Below, piece by piece: positions 7,384 through 10,383 of a stretch of DNA of 10,383 nt. The notes beneath the pieces are model-generated. The model was not told the origin of the DNA and made no database searches. It saw nothing but the letters and a program-made list of their open reading frames with translations. The number at the start of each line of letters is the position of its first letter. The stretch's first letter is position 1. Origin of the DNA: Paraspadella gotoi (Eukaryota; Animalia; Chaetognatha). The stretch covers positions 1 to 10,383 of the forward strand of contig JBJCIZ010000843.1 of the NCBI GenBank assembly GCA_051294375.1. Direction: 5' to 3'. Both the position numbers and the translations under genes were made by a program.

Positions 7384-8604
7384 ATGCAGAACGACGTAGA
7401 CGCAATCGACGTCATGATAAAAGAGGAAGAAGTAGTGGACCTTGAGTTCAGCCCGCCCGAAAGGTGGCCAAAGAAATTCACGGACTTATACTGGGAGCGA
7501 CTAAGAAGCGGAGAAGTCTCACCGACTGCAAGGAGGGCGCTAGAAGAAAAGAACATCCCAATCGTATTGAACACTCCTGATGAATGGGCGTTCAACAAAC
7601 GCTGGAACGAGATATCAGCGCTGCCGCAATTAATCGTCAACATACGAGAAGAATGGAGAAAGGTCGCGGCGTCACGCGGCTGGTCGGTAAGGAGATTCAC
7701 ACAGTATATCAAGAGGAACTTTCACGGGGAAAAATTAATGGAGAGAGAGGAAAGGGAGGAACAAAAAAAGAATACCCACACACAAAGAGAGGAACAAAAC
7801 AGAGAGACGGAAAGGACGAGAGTTGTAATAAACGAAGGAAGGGAAAAATGGAGAAGAGAGACGGAAAGGAACAACCTAGCTGAATCAGAACTAAAGGCAC
7901 AAAGAGAGATCTTAAAGTTAAGAAACGAGAAAGCCCAATTAAGCCACGAGCTAGAATGGCACAAAGCACGGATACAAGTCATAGAAAACGCGAGAGCCAA
8001 GGAAAAAAGGGAACTGGAAGAAAAATTAGACAGGAAAGTATGGGAGAACCTTGAAACAGAGCGCCGTTGGAGTAGAGTGGTAGAGCTCACACTCGGGAGT
8101 CGAGGACGGGAAATATGGAACGAGGAGCCAAGGACCTCAACATCAAGGTTATTTCAACAAATGACGTGCGGACACAGACAAGAGGAGGCAAAAACCTCGC
8201 TGTCACGGGCATATTTACATACGTGTGGACATAGCTGCGGGCGGGAGGAGGAAGTACTCACGACCTCACAGGCACTCCCGCCCGAACCTCAAAGAGATCC
8301 AAGAGGCACAATACATGAAGAGACGAACGAAAATGAAAAAATAAAAATAAAACTAGTGAAGGAGAACAACAGATGGGAAAGGTCGAGAGAAGCCGAGAAA
8401 GAAAAAGAGCATCAAAAACCAAATCGAGACCAAGGATGGGAGGTAATGAAGGTCGTGGAACCAAGCGTCAAAAAACGTGCAGCCCAAACACAAGGCAACG
8501 GACCGTCGACGTCAAAGAACACGAACCAAGATGAAAGAAAAAAGGAGAAGAGGAGAAAGAAAGAAAATGGCGAAAAAGAAATCACCGAAATCCACGCCAA
8601 GTGA
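7384..8604 (+). CDS. ORF3: 406-aa accessory protein of unknown function in the env position (not env-like)
   Basis: Uninterrupted sense ORF between pol and the 3' UTR, ATG in AAGATGC context. Trp-rich N-terminal ~115 aa, E/K/R coiled coil, two TCGH motifs, basic tail RKKEKRRKK; no hydrophobic signal or TM stretch. Confidence 0.8.
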   Translation: MQNDVDAIDVMIKEEEVVDLEFSPPERWPKKFTDLYWERLRSGEVSPTARRALEEKNIPIVLNTPDEWAFNKRWNEISALPQLIVNIREEWRKVAASRGWSVRRFTQYIKRNFHGEKLMEREEREEQKKNTHTQREEQNRETERTRVVINEGREKWRRETERNNLAESELKAQREILKLRNEKAQLSHELEWHKARIQVIENARAKEKRELEEKLDRKVWENLETERRWSRVVELTLGSRGREIWNEEPRTSTSRLFQQMTCGHRQEEAKTSLSRAYLHTCGHSCGREEEVLTTSQALPPEPQRDPRGTIHEETNENEKIKIKLVKENNRWERSREAEKEKEHQKPNRDQGWEVMKVVEPSVKKRAAQTQGNGPSTSKNTNQDERKKEKRRKKENGEKEITEIHAK

Positions 8605-8702
8605 AAACACACAAAACCCTACAAAAAATTATCAATAATTGTCACAAATTATGTTGGACGTATTGGATCCAAATTATCACTAAAGTTATGTTGGTTATAT
8701 TC

Positions 8703-8879
8703 TGATTATTATGACGAAATCCAATGTTGATGGATTGAAAAATAATTGATTATTATGACGAAATCCAATGTTGATGGATTGAAAAATATTTGATTATTAC
8801 AACAAAATCCAATGTTGATGGATTGAAAAATATTGTGATTATTACGACGAAATCCAAAGTTGATGGATTGAAAAATATA
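8703..8879 (+). repeat. 44/45-bp tandem repeat x4 in the 3' UTR, each with an AATCCA-N7-TGGATT inverted repeat
   Basis: Units start at 8703, 8747, 8791 and 8836: TGATTATTA(T/C)(G/A)AC(G/A)AAATCCAA(T/A)GTTGATGGATTGAAAAATA... Confidence 0.93.
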
Positions 8880-8961
8880 CCAATTGATGGGCAAAATATC
8901 TATCACAACGCCTTCGCCCCGAGCGAAACGGGGGGAGGGAAAGGAGAAGTTTCGACGGAGC

Positions 8962-9048
8962 GAAGGACCGGTGCCGGCCCTCGAAACGGTCGGCGCCGCA
9001 GCAGGAGTTGAAGGACCGGTGTCGACCCCCGAAACGGTCGGCGCCGCA
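8962..9048 (+). repeat. Two 39-bp direct repeats (48-bp period), each forming a 10-bp GC-rich hairpin
   Basis: 8962-9000 GAAGGACCGGTGCCGGCCCTCGAAACGGTCGGCGCCGCA; 9010-9048 GAAGGACCGGTGTCGACCCCCGAAACGGTCGGCGCCGCA. Confidence 0.9.
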
Positions 9049-9113
9049 AAAGAGTCGCAGTGGAGGCGCAACGAAGCCGCAGCAACGCCGAAGGACGAAG
9101 CAGCAGCGGTGGA

Positions 9114-9160
9114 GGAGCGACGACGAAGGAGCTACGACGAAGGAGCTACGACGAAGGAGC
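9114..9160 (+). repeat. 14-bp tandem repeat GGAGC(G/T)ACGACGAA, about 3.4 copies
   Basis: Directly visible; units start at 9114, 9128, 9142 and 9156 (partial). Confidence 0.88.
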
Positions 9161-9246
9161 GGGCGTGGCGACGACGAAGCAGCGGAGTTACGGGGGGAGA
9201 GGATGCCGGTCAGTGCCGCAACGATTGCCCGACAAGAAAAAATTTC

Positions 9247-9263
9247 GGGGAAATTGGGGGGAG
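9247..9263 (+). promoter_or_regulatory. Polypurine tract (GGGGAAATTGGGGGGAG) abutting the 3' LTR
   Basis: G6AG immediately followed by TGT, the typical BEL/Pao PPT/LTR junction. Confidence 0.72.
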
Positions 9264-9666
9264 TGTAAAGAGAGGCGGGCCAACTCAGCGGCACCGACGC
9301 GGCACGGGCGCGGCAATTCTTCTTTACGCGGCGCCGAGCAGCGACGGAGGCGGAAGAAAAGGCGCATACCGAGTTTGGGAGAGACGAAGAGACGGCGCCC
9401 TTTTTTGCTGAGGGAAATTTATTTAATATTTCTTTTTTGTCTAATAATTTTATATTGATACTTGGTCAAATACGGGGGAACCATAGATGTAAGATAATAT
9501 TTAAAATAAAGATAAAATAAGGGAAATATTTAATATTTGATATTCTTGAAATATAGGTATTAAACTTTGTTACAATACTCTGTGATATTAAACTGGTTGT
9601 TGTTACAACGGTTGCCGTGATTGCCAGCAAGAACACGAGGCTCAGTACCCCGGACCATAGTTGACA
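9264..9666 (+). repeat. 3' LTR (~403 bp), TGTAAA...TTGACA
   Basis: The 3' end is fixed by identity with 1-40. The 5' end is inferred from the PPT and the 5/6 terminal inverted repeat (TGTAAA vs TGTCAA) and cannot be confirmed inside the window. Confidence 0.78.
9505..9592 (+). promoter_or_regulatory. Candidate polyadenylation signals in the LTR (AATAAA 9505-9510; ATTAAA 9559-9564 and 9587-9592)
   Basis: Hexamers in the AT-rich LTR segment; the last is followed by GT-rich TGGTTGTTGTT. Confidence 0.4.
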
Positions 9667-10383
9667 AGAATCCGAGAAAGCTAAATCGATTAAGACCGAG
9701 TATAAAAATCCTTTTACAGCAAAATGCCGAAAGGTTATATACAATCGCCACTTACACGCATCATTGGAAATGCCGATGGAGAGTCACTGCATTCAAGCAA
9801 CATCGAAAGGCAGAAATACAGTGCCCACGAACCGGAATCCTTTAACGACAAAGAATCCCATTAGTAGAGCAAAGGGCGAAATGGAACCCCCATTGCGGAT
9901 AACACGCCGCGTGCTCGCTTCTCATCTACAGTGAAGGGAGCAACGCCGCACCGGGACGACACCAAGAAAAGCTAAGCCTAAACAGCAACAACTATACCAA
10001 GCAGTCGTTGGCGGAGCCCCCGCAAGCTGATGTACGACACGGAGCATCGATCAAACACGATACCAAGAAAATTTGTCGACGAATGGTGCATTAACAAAAA
10101 GAATATACACAGGCCCATCCCTACGCGTCTCCACAGGAAAATGGCGCCATCGCAATCCGAGAACGAATCGACTGAGAATGTTTCAAAAATTGGATTCTCC
10201 GATACAACCTTCTTCCCTGCATCCCCCCGATGAAGAAATCGAGACATAATCATCGCACATGCAACCACAGACCCAGATGGTAAGTGAGATGTGGATAATA
10301 ACGCGAGGCGAAAAACGAGGAACTGCAGTGGCGCATATGAAATGGAAAACCAATCACTCACCCTCGCTCAAGGATAAACAATC
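9667..10383. other. Flanking DNA outside the element, unassigned (AGAAT at 9667-9671 would be the 3' TSD copy if 5 bp)
   Basis: Lies beyond the LTR terminus; no recognisable protein in the frames examined. Confidence 0.55.

Larger units (their letters stand above)
1..9666 (+). mobile_element. BEL/Pao LTR retrotransposon, near full length (5' LTR truncated by the window edge), with an extra ORF after integrase
   Basis: Terminal direct repeat (1-40 = 9627-9666); Gag with three zinc knuckles; domain order PR-RT-RH-IN; BEL/Pao motifs FYVDD, FCDAS..GYGAVAY, PRLEL, NPADFTSRG, GLDVFGP, SDNGTNF, WGGIWERMV, FWERWSVEYL. Confidence 0.97.

Noticed and set aside
7384-8604. ORF3 as an envelope glycoprotein
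   Set aside because: No signal peptide or TM anchor, only three Cys, and extremely charged.
861-8612. Numerous minus-strand ORFs (e.g. 4392-5048, 1157-1684, 6303-6782, 7722-8090)
   Set aside because: Antisense shadows of the + strand ORFs with F/S/L-rich composition and no recognisable motifs.
8702-8740. Hammerhead ribozyme (CTGA...GAAA)
   Set aside because: The core reads CTGATTA rather than CTGANGA, and the required stems are not evident.
8703-8879. CRISPR array
   Set aside because: Units are head-to-tail with no unique spacers, there are no cas genes, and the context is a eukaryotic retrotransposon UTR.
8884-9458. ORFs 8884-9411, 9008-9268 and 9060-9458 as a fourth gene
   Set aside because: Several frames are open only because the region is T-poor and repetitive; they run across the PPT/LTR boundary and give low-complexity peptides.
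9978-10361. 127-aa minus ORF, 67-aa plus ORF and a GTAAGT donor-like site (10280) as a host gene
   Set aside because: No recognisable protein similarity or coherent exon structure can be supported from sequence alone.

Overview
Bases 1-9666 hold a near-complete, apparently young BEL/Pao-superfamily LTR retrotransposon on the + strand, followed by ~720 bp of unassigned flanking DNA. The window starts in the last 40 bp of the 5' LTR, identical to 9627-9666; the 3' LTR is inferred at 9264-9666 (TGT...ACA, after a GGGGGGAG polypurine tract). The internal region encodes Gag (631-3012, three BEL-type zinc knuckles) and Pol (PR-RT-RNase H-IN, ending 7167) in the same frame, separated by one UGA-C stop (candidate programmed readthrough). 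A third 406-aa ORF (7384-8604) sits in the env position but is not env-like: no signal peptide or TM segment, a coiled coil, a duplicated TCGH motif and a basic tail. Unusual non-coding features: no recognisable tRNA PBS; six leader hairpins with different stems but GAAG-containing loops, whose motifs recur at the 3' end; a 65-nt internal poly(A); and three tandem-repeat families in the 3' UTR, two of which conserve hairpins. All calls come from reading the sequence; no searches or folding were run.
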